This document shows positions 40,210-54,148 of a stretch of 64,000 nt of DNA, piece by piece. Position numbers and translations under genes: made by a program. Source of the stretch: Mytilus trossulus (Eukaryota); the NCBI RefSeq assembly GCF_036588685.1, contig NC_086373.1, positions 29,078,001-29,142,000 on the forward strand, given 5' to 3'. The notes under the pieces are model-generated. The model saw only the letters and a program-made list of their open reading frames with translations. It had not been told where the DNA came from and searched no databases. Numbering within the stretch: the stretch's first letter is position 1; each line of letters starts with the position of its first letter.

Positions 40210-41889
40210 AAGAAAAATGGTAGCGTTATTTTTTTTAATTGAAATTGAATATGAAAAATGAACAAAACAACTACGACCGTTAACAAAAGTGATAATCATA
40301 TACAAACGTTAAACACAAACTGGATAACAGACCAATCCCGCAGAAGGCATTATTTAATAAAGCATAACAAAAACAAAAAAGCTAGCACGAAATTACTAGT
40401 TGAGGAGAAAAAGGATTGTCATTTTAATGTCATTAAATTTTTAGTTTTAATATGTATAAAGTGCTTTCGCATAATCGAGTACCATAGCTGGACATCTGAA
40501 ACGTGGTTTCCTCAAAGAAACATCTTTGGCCGAGTTCAAATAAAACTCTCTAGTTAATTTTACTTACTCGGGTTTTAACAAAACGATTTTACTTGAACCA
40601 CTCGAGTTAACCCCTCTTACCCTGGTTCCAACCCTCACCGAGCTAGGTTTAAACTCGAGAAACTCTTGAATGACGTCAAACCAATGAAATTTTTTTTTAT
40701 TTTTTTATGCTTGGTCAGGGCCTTAGAGTTGCTTAGAGTTCCAAATATCAACTCTAGTTCGTTTACGTGATAATCTATTAACTCTGAAGTCGATTGAATA
40801 GTTTCAAGTGTACTCGTCCACAGATTTTATTGTGTACTTACTAAAATAAATCTGAACATGCTGAAATAGAACAAATCAACTACGGCCGTAAACAAAAGTG
40901 ATAAAAAAAAACACGCTGAAAACTAACTGGGTCACTGACAAATCCCGCTGAAGGCATTAATATTCAATAAAGCATAAAAAAGAAAGCTTTCAAACTCAGT
41001 GAGGAGAAAAAGGGTTGCCATCCTAAAAATCTTTTGAAGTATTCAAATGTGATAGAAATGATTTCATGCAATTACTTTTTCACCAAATACAACTTTTTTC
41101 CAAGGGCTCGATGGTGACCGAAAAGAAATCCAACTATATATTATTGCTGTTATTAAAATTTTAGTTTACATATCTTTGACTGAAAGAGCATTCGCATATA
41201 ACATTACAACTTAACATTGTATATCATGTATATAAAATTCACAAATTTTATTAATCGTATTTCATATATTATATCGAGTCTCATAGATGGACATCGGAAA
41301 CGTGATTTCCTCGAAGAAATACTTTGATTTCAATGTGTACCTTTTTAAATCTAAAAACAAACAAAAAAACAACGACCGCAAACTGGGCAACAAACAAATC
41401 CCCTTGAAGCAATATTAAATAAAGCATTACAAAACAAGAAAGCCTTCATAAAATTACTCAATGAGGAGATAAAAGGTTGTTATTTTAATGTAACGTTTTG
41501 GTGATTTGTTTCAAAATCTTTTGAAGTATTCAGATGTAATAGAAATGATTCCATCCAATTACTTTCTCATAAAATACAACTTTTCTTCAAGGTCTCGACT
41601 ATCACCGAAGAAAAACGTAACTGAAAGGTTAATTGTTGACATTAAATTGTGGTTTTGATTATGTATGCAAAACGTAATTTAATTCAAAATCATATCTATT
41701 GATACAAAACTTTATGTTTAGAGTTACATACTCATATCTTCTTCTATCCATGTCCTTTATAGTCTGTAAATATCGTTTTTTATGTCCTTAGTGCAAATTA
41801 AATAAATAAGCGTAGGATTGACAACGTCATTTTGATTAATTAAAAGCAGCAGCAGATAACCAATATTAACATCACATTAAATTATAATA

Positions 41890-42314
41890 AACTAGAGGCT
41901 CTAAAGAGCCTGTGTCTCTCACCTTGATCTATATGCATATTAAACAAAGGACACAGATAGATTCATAACAAAGTTGTGTTTTGGTGATGTTGATGGGTTT
42001 GTAGATCTTACTGTACTGAACATATTTGCTACTTACAATTTTCTCTATCTATAAACTTGGCTCTTTAGATACAGAAGGAAACATTTTGTAAAAATTTACC
42101 AAAAAATACCTAATTAATGAAAATTGTTAAAAATTGACTTATTTTTAGATCTTACTTTGCTGAAAATTATTGCTGTTTACAGTTTATCTTTATCTATTAT
42201 AGTATTCAAGATAAAATCAAAAAATGAATTTACCCATTACGGGGGGGGGGGGGCAGCGACCAAACAACCAGTTGTCTTATTCATCTGCAAATTTCATGAC
42301 CAGGTGAGCTAAAA
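41890..42314 (-). mobile_element. HINE-like element
   Basis: aactagaggctct-aa-agagcc hairpin plus ctcacct at one end, and caggtgagctaaaa at the other. Confidence 0.6.
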
Positions 42315-44204
42315 AGGGTATTAAATCGTTGTTATTGAAAAGACATCTGAATTTGAACAAAATATGATAGATATCAGTTGCATGTTACGTGATATCTCAC
42401 AAAATTATTTTCTAGACTCACCTAGTTTGTAAATTTAAATAGTCATTACTATGTATGATATTCTCCTAGGGATTAAAGGTTAGAAGTTTATTTAGAATAA
42501 TTTTCATTTTAATGATAATAGAATTTTTACAAACAGAGAATCTGGTTAAAAATTTCAACCCCTCCCCATAATAAGTTACGTGGATGTTTTTCTATGCCAA
42601 AAAATCATTTGATCAAATTAGAGAGTTAAGAATAGATACATTTCTTATCAAATAAGAGAGAGCACTAAGTGTGCATGTAACATGAAAAACGGATATCTAT
42701 ACATGTAAGTCACAGTATAATTCTAATACAGTGTGAATCAGTAAGATTCTAAAATTATAAAACACGAATGTGTTGTATCTGGCTTGTTTTAAGAGTGAAT
42801 GAAAAGTTTTCCATTATTAAATTTATCCGTTATAATGTCCCTTTATTGTAGCGACATATTAAGAAACTTCACGTTATTTTTTTTAAAACTTGAAATGAGT
42901 ATTAATGACGATTGTTGGTATTTTCGTCTGATAAACGGAGGAAAGGATTGTTTTTGCCTCAAACCTATCAAAGATGAAGTATTTAAGATTATGCCATCGA
43001 TTTGCAACAACACATACAACTATCAAACGAATTAAATGTTTACGAAAATTATAATGTGGATTTTAACCAGGAAATAATTACTTTATACAGTTTATTTTTG
43101 TTATTTAATGTTTGCTTGTTTTGTGTTTTATCTTGTCTCACTATTTTCTATATAGACCACCTTGCTAAGTTATAATTTTACTAGGTTAACTTTTATATAC
43201 CTGTCTTTTAATTTTTCTGATGTGCTTTGTTATATTCGAAGTGGCTCTGTTCTTATACATGGCACCAATGTGTTATTTTGTCTCGGTAAATGATTGAGCA
43301 TATATTTGTTTGTTTTATAGTGGTTAAGATGATACCACTGATGTACCCAAATATTTGACTTTTTATCTATCAAATCTGGGGTTTTTTTTCACACATCGTT
43401 GTCAATATACAATTAATGCGACTTTCGTACAAGTGAGAGGTTTAGCTAGCTTTAAAACAAGGTTGTTCATTTTCTGCCTAAGAAAATGTCTGTTCTAAGT
43501 CAGAAATATGGCAGTGTTATTCACCAGATTGATATGTTTCAGCTTTTGAATTTTGATATTTGATTACGGACTTTCCGTTCTGAATTTTCCTCGAATTTCG
43601 GAATTTTTATAAATCACTTACATTGTACTCTTAGGAACATTCAGTCAACGTCTAGATGAATTAAACCCAGTAGTGTCAAAGAGAACATTTTTAATGTTAG
43701 CAAAAATGATGAACAAATTTTATAAAATTGTCTTTGAAGGACTATTACTCCTAAATGGTTAAATTGACAATTTCGGTCACATAACGGTACCATACCATTT
43801 CATAAAAATAGATTATTTTGGACAGTTATCCTGCAATAGGTGGTCATTTTTGGACTGAAAAATCTTAACCAGAAAATATAACTTATTCATTCTAATACCT
43901 CATGTTTCTTTTGCTTTAACTTCTATGGTTGAAAGAATAAAGGCGAAAAACTGTATTTGGCCCGTATGGTATATTTTCAGCCATGTCGGCCATGTTTTTA
44001 AATAGATTATTAGTTCGGATACAATTTACAGACCAGTAACCTTAAGGAACATTCAGTCAAAATTTGGAAGTACTAGGACAACTAGTTTCAGAGGAGAATA
44101 TTTTCAAAGGTTAGCAAACATGATTAATAAGTTGTGTAATTTTGTCTTTCAAGGGCAAAAACTCCTTAAAGGGTTAACATTTTCATTTTAAAATTTGTAC
44201 ATCT

Positions 44205-44762
44205 TTATTGGAATTTTGGGTCTTCAATGCTCTTCGTCTTTACTTTTTTACATGCGTGCACTGGTAGTCTTATGTGGACGATACACGCGTCTGGTGTATA
44301 AAATTAAAAGCCTGTTACCTTTAATAACTATAAGCATGTCATAATGTTCTACTGTATTGTTAATTTTTGTATTTCTCTATCCTGCATGATTTTCCATTTG
44401 TTTGTAGTGAAGTCTTGTCATGACATGATGTCATTTTAGTGTTATATTTAACATTACCATAAAAGCGGGAGAGTAGGCTAGCTAAACAACCAGTTTCAAC
44501 TCACCATTTTTTTTCTTAAAATGTTCTGTACCAAGTCAGGAAAATGGCCATTGTTATCCTATATTTCGTTTCTGTGTGTGTTGCATTGTCGTTTTTTTTT
44601 TTTTTTTTGTTGCACTTTATATATAATTAGTATATCTGTTGTTTCGTTGTTTTCCTCTTATATTTGATGTGTTTCCCTCAGTTTTAGATTGTTACCCGGA
44701 TTTTTTTCGCTCTCAATCGATAAATGACTTTCAAACAGCGGTATACTACTGTTGCTTTTATA
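44205..44762 (+). mobile_element. HHR-relic element with ~450 bp 3' extension (common interspersed repeat)
   Basis: Decayed HHR at ~44257-44297, followed by a repeat ending cagcggtatactactgttgc. Other copies at ~2925-3205 (+), ~4000-4330 (-), ~9800-10250 (-) and ~54052-55540 (-). Confidence 0.6.
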
Positions 44763-45586
44763 CTGCTGAATATATGATCATTGCTAATAGTTTTCACGAT
44801 TATAACCAAAAAAAAATGTCCTTAAAATTCCAAATTAAGTGTCAGCATCCTTTCAATTGCTTGTTCGGTTCGTCTATGAATTTCAGAACTGATACAACTT
44901 GACCTATTGAACCTTTTTATCCTAGACGGATGTGCTCTAAATTTTTATTTTTTTTAAATAGAAGCCAAATCTGCATATGACCCGATCCCTGTGTTTGTTG
45001 ATTGTTTGTTGATTGATCAAAACTTCGGTGACAATTTATAACCAAGTTATTATTAGCATGATAAGGAACATTCAGTTAAATTTTACAGGTACTTGGTCCA
45101 GATGTTTCAAAGCAGAAGATTCTTGAAATAGTTAACGACAAAGATGACGACGACGACGACGACGAAGACGACAAACGACAAGTGATGGCATAAGCTAACA
45201 TGGTCCTTAATACCAGTTTAACTAAAACATACAAAAAAATTCAAACATTATGCATGTTTATAGGAATGATTCTTCCATAAGATAAAACATAAACATGTGT
45301 ACCGAAATATTTAAGAATAAATTCTGTTTTGACCGTTATTTGTTTTTACTACCCTCATATCTTATGTATTTTTTTATGTAAATTCAGTTGTGGCTGTGTT
45401 CGTTTGTCTATTGAATTGGGCAGATGGCATAAAAGTCAAAGAGACTAAAAAAGACCTGCAATGTATGTTACTCAAAAGAAATAGGTTATGAGTACCATTA
45501 TATTCTAGTCTGTAAATGTTTTAGTTCAGAAAGGGAAAAATACATGTTACCGCAATATTTGGCATTTTAAACTTTTTTGGATTCGA

Positions 45587-45630
45587 GCGTCACTGATGAG
45601 CCTTGAGTAGACGAAACGCGCGTCTTGCGT
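45587..45630 (+). ncRNA. Hammerhead ribozyme, family A, core intact, single mismatches in stems I and II
   Basis: GCGUCA-CUGAUGA-GCCU(UGAGU)AGAC-GAAA-CGCGCG-UC/UUGCGU within a short retrozyme fragment (45560-45670). Confidence 0.7.
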
Positions 45631-47149
45631 ATATACTAAATTTGGTCCTGGTATTTTTGATGAGTTTATTGTCAATAAACATGCAAATACTGCAAAGTTA
45701 ATCAGTTATACTCATCAACTGAGATTGTTGTAATAGAAAACTAGCAACTATACCCCATCTCTATATTCTGACAATGGTCGTAATATATGAAGAATCATAT
45801 TATACTTCGATGTCCAGACAAAGTAAACATAATGTAAACTTATAAACTATATACATTGTAAATCACTAGAAGCAACTTTCACTCATATTATAGGTCAAAT
45901 TTGACTTCTTTTACAAAAGATAGTTTATTTAGCAAATTTCCATTAATGCAAAATAAAAACAAAGGAACCGTAAACACTGAATCAATATTTTGTTTATTCT
46001 TTCATCAAGTTTGAAATATACCCCGCTTATCATAATAAACCATTACGTTTATTCAGCAACTATAATTAACAAATCAATAAGTCACGATCAAAAGACAATT
46101 GTTTATTGGATAAAGTTTATCGAACATGATGATTGGAAATTTACAATAAGTATTGGGTCACGTGCCGAGTGGCCCGCAGTGATTAAAAAGTCTTTTATTC
46201 AATATTATCATATCTAGTTATACCATTATATTTATGAGTTACATATTTATATGTACAATTTTTTTATGGTCTGAATACATCGTTTTCATGTCCTTAAAGC
46301 AAATCAAATATATCCGCGTTGCATTTTGCAGCCAAATATAAAAGATCAAATCATAATTGACAACGTCATTTTTAATAAATAAGAGGCACCAATAGATTGC
46401 AAATATTCACATACAATTAATCCATAGAAAATGAATGATATTAAATAGTCATATAAAAAGACATTATCATTTGAACAAAATATGTCAAATATCCGTTTCA
46501 TGTAACTTGATACCTTACTACAGGATTGTTTAGACGATTGCACCTAGTTTGTAGGTTTAAATAGTCATTATTATGTATGATCTTTCTCTAGGGATTAAAG
46601 GTTAGAAATGAACAAGATGATTCAATGTTTAAACCAACATACGATCATTAAAATGTTAACACCTGATTTCACACGAAGAATGAAAATAGTTCTTTTATGT
46701 TATAGATAATGCATAATTTAAGGTTTTCCCTTGGTGTGTTATACGACAAAATAAAAACCTCCCAAACTTAACATTATCTGAATTACATATTACCAATGTT
46801 TTTTTCAACTGATCGGGCAGAGCTTACGTTTCAATTTGCATAATGACAGTCTATTCAAAGATGTGTGTGACACGGATGATTGTCGTTATAATTATTATTA
46901 TTGATTTCTAATCACCTATCAAATACAAAAGAACTGAGTGTATGATACAGGACGAATAAAATACCTAAAATAAGATGTATAGCATTAAATGTGCTAAAGT
47001 ATAGTAATTTAAAGTATCGGCTATTGTATTATTCTGTTTGAAACTTTTCTGATTGTGACATTTACTTTAAATGTGATTTATAAGAAAGAAAAAACATAAA
47101 AAAATGAAATGTTTGGACCCTATTTTCCATGATTTTATGATTAGAATTA

Positions 47150-48215
47150 ACATTCTTAAACTTTTATTTTTGTGGAATAAGAATGCAGTTATTGATTAAT
47201 TTTGATACAAATTAGTAATCGTCATATAATTAAAGTACTTTTTGTACATCAGGATTGGCTGTTCCTTCATAAAATATGCTTATTTTAAGAAAAAAGATAT
47301 TAAATTTTTGTACACGTTGCCTAAAATGCAAATATTTCTTCATTTTACTGAAAATTATTGATCGCCATTGGATTTTGGTACTTTTTTTAGTTAAGAATAG
47401 TTTTTTTCAGTAAAATTTAAAGAATGTCAGCGAAATCAAACCAAAAGTGTATTCGCTTGTTTAAAACAACCAAAATTATTCTTCATTTTATTAAAAAGGA
47501 TACTTTTTATTTGAAATAACTTATTTTAACCATCTTGAGCCAATTCTGCAAATTAGAATTGAGATATAATGAGAATTATATTACTTAAACTTTTATTTTT
47601 GTGGAATAAGAATGCAGTTATTGATTTGTTTTGATACAAATTATTAATCGTCATATGATTTTAGTATTTTTCGTACATCAGGATTGGCTGTTCTCCATAA
47701 AATATGCTTACTTTGAGAAAAAAAGATATTAAATTTTTGTACTCGTTGCCTAAAAATGCTAATATTTCTTCATTTTACTGAAAATTATTGACCGCCATTG
47801 GAATTTTGTACATTTTAAAGTTTAGAATAGTTTGTTTTCATAAATATAAAAGAATGTCAGAGAAATCATATTACAATTTTATTCGCATTGTTCAAAATAA
47901 CCAAAATTATTCTTCTTTTTATTAAAAATTGTACTTTTTGATTTAAAATCAGTTATTTATACCATCTTGAGACAAGTCTGCTTATTAGAATTGAGATAAT
48001 ATGAAACTTAAAATACTTAAACTTTTATTATTTTGAAATAAGAATGCAGTTATTGATTTATTTTGATACCGATTGTTAACTACCATATGGTTTCATTACT
48101 TTTTGTTCATCAGGACTGCTTGTTCTTCATAAATTATGTTTACTTAAAAGAAAAAGATATAATTTTTTTTGTACGCGTTGCCAAAAATGCAAATAGTTCT
48201 TCTCATATTGGAAAG
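47150..48215. repeat. Tandem repeat, ~430-bp unit, ~2.5 copies
   Basis: cttaaacttttatt..gaataagaatgcagttattgatt at ~47155, ~47584 and ~48016. Confidence 0.9.
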
Positions 48216-49375
48216 TATTGTAATTTCAATTGCAATCAGATGTTATAAATGATTTTCATATGTTTTTTGGTAGAAAATGTGAATTATTCAAGAATAAATC
48301 TGCTTAAACTTATTTCTTTCGTTTTAAGGAATATATTTATGTTGACCACTATTCGATTGTTGTACTTTTTATTTTTTTTGGAGTAGTTATTTTTTTAATA
48401 AGGTAAAAAGGACTATCAGAAAAATATAATGTAATGTTGTTTGCACTGTTTAAAATTATTCATATTACTTTGAAAAAAACAACATGATTTATTTTTTTTT
48501 ATTTTTTATTTTAAAAGCTTCGATTGTGACGGGAACAAAGAAAGCCCGTGATTATTATAACTTCTTTTTTTTAAAGAATTTTATGATAATAACGATACAA
48601 AAATTGAAAATATTGAAAAAAAATCTACCATATTTTTCAATAACTGATCCTTTCATTTTGTTTTTTTCCGAGTATGTTTAGAAAATGATAAAATCAAAAT
48701 CGCAATGTACACACCGTTTTAGAAGTCGCAAGGTTTGAAAATATAAAACCTAATTAAAACGAAAAAGATCATTCTTTAATGATGATATTTTAATTTAGGT
48801 TTTATATGTACATTTCTTTTCATTTCAATTTATAAAACTTTGCTAAATAATTTATAAAGAAAAAGTATCATTGAACGTTCAATTTTCACGAGTCGCCATT
48901 TCAATTAAATTAAACGAAACTTAGATTCTTTCATTTGTATTAGTTTATCATGTGACGTATTAAAGTTCAATCCGTCATTAAGGTCGATCGGTTCAATCCG
49001 CCCGATCAGTCCGACCAGTCAATTACTTTTACTATAAGTCTGACGGATTGCTGACGTGAGTTTGACGCGAACTTGACTGATCGGTGACTGATCGATGACC
49101 GCTGAAATAGTAACGCCTAAAGTTGCAAGTACTGTAGTAAAATATAAATGACTGCAACATTGCAACACAATGATAACAAACAATTGTCCCAATCAATCTT
49201 AATTAATTGCAAGTATGTTAATTTTCTATTGAAAATATGTACAACAATCAGTCTGACAACTCACTTATTTACGAAAAGGGTTAAAACCCCACTGAATAGA
49301 TTTCTGCCAACTCGGCCGACTTAAAAAAATATCTTGCTTCCTTTAAGTATGTTAAATTACTAATTGTGTTATTCA

Positions 49376-49447
49376 GTCGGCATGATGTAGTGGTATATGT
49401 CGTTGGTTCCTATGCTAAATGTCTTGAGTTCAAATCCCAGTATAGAC
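49376..49447 (+). other. tRNA-like sequence (pseudo-tRNA or SINE head)
   Basis: A-box-like tgatgtagtgg and B-box gagttcaaatccc over 72 nt. The acceptor stem is imperfect. Confidence 0.4.
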
Positions 49448-50034
49448 ACTAATTTTTTTCTACGTAAACTTTGATAGATAGTCTTTTCCGTATAATTAAT
49501 TATAAGTTTAAAGTGAATTTGACATTCCCGCCAAAATGTAACAGAACTCAGGAAAGCATGCAGAACAAAGAAACTCAAGCTGGGTGATCTGGTAGGGGTG
49601 ATCCGGCTGAGATCACCTAGATCACCGCTGATAGAACAAAGGAGCTGGGATATAAGATACATTATCAACTTTTACTAAATTTTTCTATACACGAAAGTAG
49701 TTCATATCTAGCTATTCGTGATCATACGTTTATTTTTACATGAAAAAATTGCTGTTTTTACCATTAATGTATTTGTTAAATTCGTATGTGTTTATTAAAA
49801 TTCATTTCTGAACACTGCATTAGCGTCTATGCCTTTTTGTTTTTAATTTGATATATGAGTACTGTTATGAATAGAATAGATTAAGATAATTAGGAAAAGA
49901 TTTATATGGTATTTATAAGTAAAAGTAAATTGTAGCACATTATTTATTGGAGTGATTGATTCTAGTTTGCAATTGTTTTTCCATTTGGAGAAAACTATGG
50001 GTCCCTCATCAAATTCCTTTGCCGTTAATCGGTA

Positions 50035-50077
50035 CGTGATTGATGAGTCTCATTTAGACGAAACGCACGTCTGGCGT
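50035..50077 (+). ncRNA. Degenerate hammerhead, family A (C3U)
   Basis: UUGAUGA-GUCU(CAUUU)AGAC-GAAA-CGCACG-UC/UGGCG, followed by the family A flank aattataatcctgg. Confidence 0.6.
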
Positions 50078-50382
50078 ATTAAATTATAATCCTGGTTCAT
50101 TTGATAACTGTTAACCCATGAAATTTGTAAAGATATTGTACTCTTTGGTAGTTAATGTCGAACGATCTTGAAGCGTATACGTGTATTACGTTCTTGTAGC
50201 GTTCATGTAAACGCTAGACATACGTTTGAGCTGGATTAAAATTTGTATGCTGCATAAAATTTCCTCGAGTTGTAGCGTTCACCAAGCGTATACCTTTGTA
50301 TTTCTACGTACTTTAATCTTGTGCAACGCGTTTAACGATTGCTTAGCGTTTCTCTGGCGTGCAACTAACGTAAACCGACATT

Positions 50383-50423
50383 GTCACTGATGAGTCGTTA
50401 TTATACGGAACGCGGGTCTGGCG
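50383..50423 (+). pseudogene. Inactive hammerhead relic, family A
   Basis: GUCA-CUGAUGA-GUC...UAC-GGAA-CGCGGG-UC/UGGC, with GAAA mutated. Its 3' flank resumes at ~50860 after a MITE. Confidence 0.55.
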
Positions 50424-50433
50424 ATGTTGTACC

Positions 50434-50858
50434 GGCGTCACACATCATCGTATAGCTATATCGGGCGTGTTAAAAAATCATGTGCGCTGCTGGCGTTTGT
50501 CTAACGTAGATGGTATGCACGCTAGGAAGGAAAAAAGTTTCTTGAACTTTTTGAGACCCATCCCGGTCGTTTCTTGGACGTTAAATTATGGGGTGTTTGT
50601 TACAAACACCCGCATACGTTTAAGTTAAAAGTCAAACGATCTTGCAGCGTATACAACATGCCTTAAAAGTGTCTAAAACGTACCTGTAGCGGGTTAAACG
50701 CGTTCGTAGCATATGTATTGCTACGTACTTCAAACTTATGCAACGCGCGTTTAACGCTTGCTTAGTGTTTCTTTGGCTTGCAACTAACGTATACCGACTT
50801 TGTCAATTGTCTCTGTACGTTTTGTGCACGCCGGTCTATACGCCAATGTGTGACGCCG
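50434..50858. mobile_element. MITE
   Basis: TIR cggcgtcacaca / tgtgtgacgccg. A partial duplicate lies at ~50145-50385. Confidence 0.7.
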
Positions 50859-51029
50859 CTATTATAAAATGTAATCCTGGTACCTTTGATAAATATTAGG
50901 GTATCGAACAATTCGAGTCTAAAAAAGTAAGATTAATTAAAACAAGTGATTTTACAAGTGTTTTTCGACCTATCATTGTTAAACACATTAACTTTTAATT
51001 GGTTCTTTGCTCCAGTTATATTTTCCATT

Positions 51030-51520
51030 CTTTACTGTAGAACAAAGAAAGAGGATTGTGTCATCAGCCAATTTGAAAATTGTTAGACTATGCTTTCTTT
51101 TACGGTGAGGACTATAAGTTTCTAATATCCAGCCGTTATTAAACAGGCATCCTTTATTATCATTTATAAAGTTTTTACCTAATTTAAGGAAGAAATGTGG
51201 TACTCCAAATCTTAATAGGGTTGCATACTGAAGGGACATTTCTAAAGAATCAAAGGCTTTGGAAAAGTCTATGAACAAAAAAAAACCCATCTGTGTTGAA
51301 TTTATCTGAGCAGTTTATTATTCTTGAATCAAGCGAAAGTTAAAACCTATGTACCGAATTTTTATATATCAATTCTGATCACTATGAATAAATTTGGACA
51401 AAAACTCCTTTAACTCCGTTGCGCTAAATCGATAGGCCGTAAGCTTAGTGTCTACATTTAAAAAAGTGATCGGCCTGTAGTTATTAAATGATAATAGATC
51501 ACTTAAAGATTATGTCTAAA
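51030..51520 (-). pseudogene. Decayed L1/Tx1-type LINE RT fragment
   Basis: Minus strand reads NYRPITFLNVDTKL (~51445-51485), FIDFSKAFDSLE and LADD. Confidence 0.75.
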
Positions 51521-53399
51521 CGGAAATCGAGTACAGGCTTCTGAAACAAAAATCATTTATTGTTAAATTCAGATGTTTGAAGTCAACTCTTAAATTAATG
51601 CAACAAAACTTTTCAGATAGCATTCCCTGAACCATTTGTTAAAATGTAACTGCATCTGGTTTGATAATGCCCTACAAGGTGCAGTCAAACTCTACTTATT
51701 TCGAATGTGCTATGTATAAAGTCACAACACAGCAATTGACTTGAATTGGGACAAACATTTCGTTTCTGCGTTATATCTTTTGTTTTTGTGCTTTATAATC
51801 CCCAACTACCATTTTGGGTTCCCAAGTATGTCTTTCCAATGCTAAGTTTTCAATAAAAATATGTCAATTATGCAGGCAGTTTTTTTTAGTTCAATAAGTA
51901 CAGCTTAAAATCAAAGTTCTTCTGACAGATGAGCAACTTCTGCTTACGTCAATTGAGGACTACAAATACGTAGTGATTTCGTCAAATATTATTTCAGCCA
52001 TAGTCAGGGTTTGATGTTATGCTACCTCTTAGTTTCTAGAGGGAAATTGTAACTTTCATATTTTTCAGATATCCTAGTTAATATTTCTTCATCAATATAA
52101 AATTCAAGAAATAGGTGTGTATGATAATATTTATTAGCCAGACCTCACTTTATGCCTATCGTAATTCAATTAAATTATTTCATGATATTTAATAAAACAC
52201 TCATCTTTGTTCGATGATTTCATACATTCAATCTTTTTTTGAAACAGCAATAACCTACAGGTGGCATCGACACTCTGAGTGTTTGAAGTCGTGACATTGG
52301 TTTTTATATTCAAAATAAATTTATTTGTTTATACTCGTAGTGTACGTATACAATTACGATACTCTACTCATTGCTATGCATTAGCAGTTCTCTGAAGTTG
52401 TTGATATGTTGCCTTTGGGTCTATGTTTTCAAGTTGTAACCTAACAGTCAAATGCTGCCTGTATGAATCAGTTAACTGTTATAACGATTTCTGGAGATGC
52501 TTGTTGACGCTTTAAACGGAACATGCACTTTGCGAAAGTTTACTGCTTTATTATTTTTGCTTTATGTTTACTTTTTATTGTCATTTATTTACCGTTTGTC
52601 TGTTGTCGAATCACTAATAAATACAATTAAAATTCGATTCCGATATCCCTCTACGAAGACATACTAATTATTAAGAGTAAGGTAAACATGTCACCGATAG
52701 TTGTACCAAAATACAAATTTATCTTCTTTTGGAATTAAAAATCAGGAGGAACATATTGGAAAATTTTGCTCCAGTATATACAGGAACTTAATACAAAAGG
52801 ACCATTATCCTTAGAAAAATGGACGGACACATTTAGCAAAATTCAAACATAAGGATGTTGTTAAAATGTTTTTGGATCAATATTGGACCAAATCAGTGTG
52901 TGTGAGAGAACCAAGAAAACGAATACTGGCTGCGTACCTTCATGTACAAAATTCATCGACAGAACCTTGCAATCATGAAGTGACATCTTTTTCCGATTTT
53001 TAGCTGCTGACTTATGTACACTGGGCATTTCAATTTCAGATTCGAAAACAGTTGTATCAGTTTATCATGAACAGTAAAATGTCTAGCATGACTGAATTTC
53101 CGGAAAAATTGTTAAAGAAAAAAGGAGCATGGAATGAAAAAAAAAATGCGAGTTGCATAGATCAAGAAACCTAACTATGGGTGCAAATCCCCATTCTACC
53201 AACGCCAAAAGCTACCTTGACACATGGAACTCTGATCAGATTTAAATTGAATGTGTGTTGGTGGTTTAACATCATATTTCCTAAATATAAACATGGTTTA
53301 TAGAGAAGTTCAGTTTTATTTTTACAACAAAACAAAAGGAAGGGACCGATTTCATTGAATTCTCTTAAACAATAATAAGTCAAAAATATGTGTGATATG

Positions 53400-53732
53400 C
53401 CGTAAACAAATTAAAAATACTTTTAATAATTTCATGCGCCCAAAGCTCTATTCTTGATTTACTTTCATCAGAAACGTTCAAATCCCAAATCCGAGGCTTG
53501 TAAAAGTATCGAAACAATTGAAGAGCTATATGACAAAAATACCTTAAAAAAAACCTCCTAAATTCATATAATGTCAACTTTGCCTGAGGGAGTTGCATTC
53601 TTAGTTTCTTTATAATTTCAAAATTTATAAACTGACAATTTTAGAAAGGTTTGTTATAAATCATGTCAGTACCGAACTACTGACTACTGAGCTGATGCTA
53701 TCATTGGGGACTGATAGTCCACCAGAAGAGTT
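53400..53732 (-). mobile_element. Decayed retrozyme-like unit with HHR relic at ~53436-53478
   Basis: Minus-strand CUGAUGA with decayed stems, plus the shared core gactactgagctg..ggggactgatagtccaccag and gaagagctat motif also seen in family B. Confidence 0.55.
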
Positions 53733-54148
53733 TTGTATCTTAAATTTTTCTTTGAATTAACCCTTTTTCACAGGAAACCATTTTTTTTTCAAATCGAAAG
53801 AGAGCTTTCTTCTGATAATCCCAATATTGCGTAAAATCACATGGGGCAGTTCTGAATTCCATCACAATAACCGTTGGCTGATCAATAAATTTTCTCTAAG
53901 GGGTCCACTGACTGCCTAAGAGGGGCCCGTTCCAGTCATGCTGCAGTGAATCACTATATAACCAAACATTTGTTTCCACAAAAAGGGGGAGGGGGCTACA
54001 AAAACATGTGAATCCGCCTCTGCATGATTACTTTTTTTGTGAAGCATATAAATAAAGGCAACAGTAGTATACCGCTGTTCGAAACTAATAAATCGATAGA
54101 AAAAAAAATCCGGGTTACGAACTAAAACTGAGGGAAACGCATTAAATA

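Larger units (their letters stand above)
36208..40232 (+). mobile_element. Tandem retrozyme (family B): monomers 36208-36567 and 39853-40203 plus a short third start, interrupted by L2
   Basis: Two highly similar ~350-360 nt units, each beginning TGGTGCAAG and ending in an HHR. Confidence 0.85.

Noticed and set aside
49376-49447. Functional tRNA gene
   Set aside because: Acceptor and anticodon stems are poorly paired. Kept only as tRNA-like.
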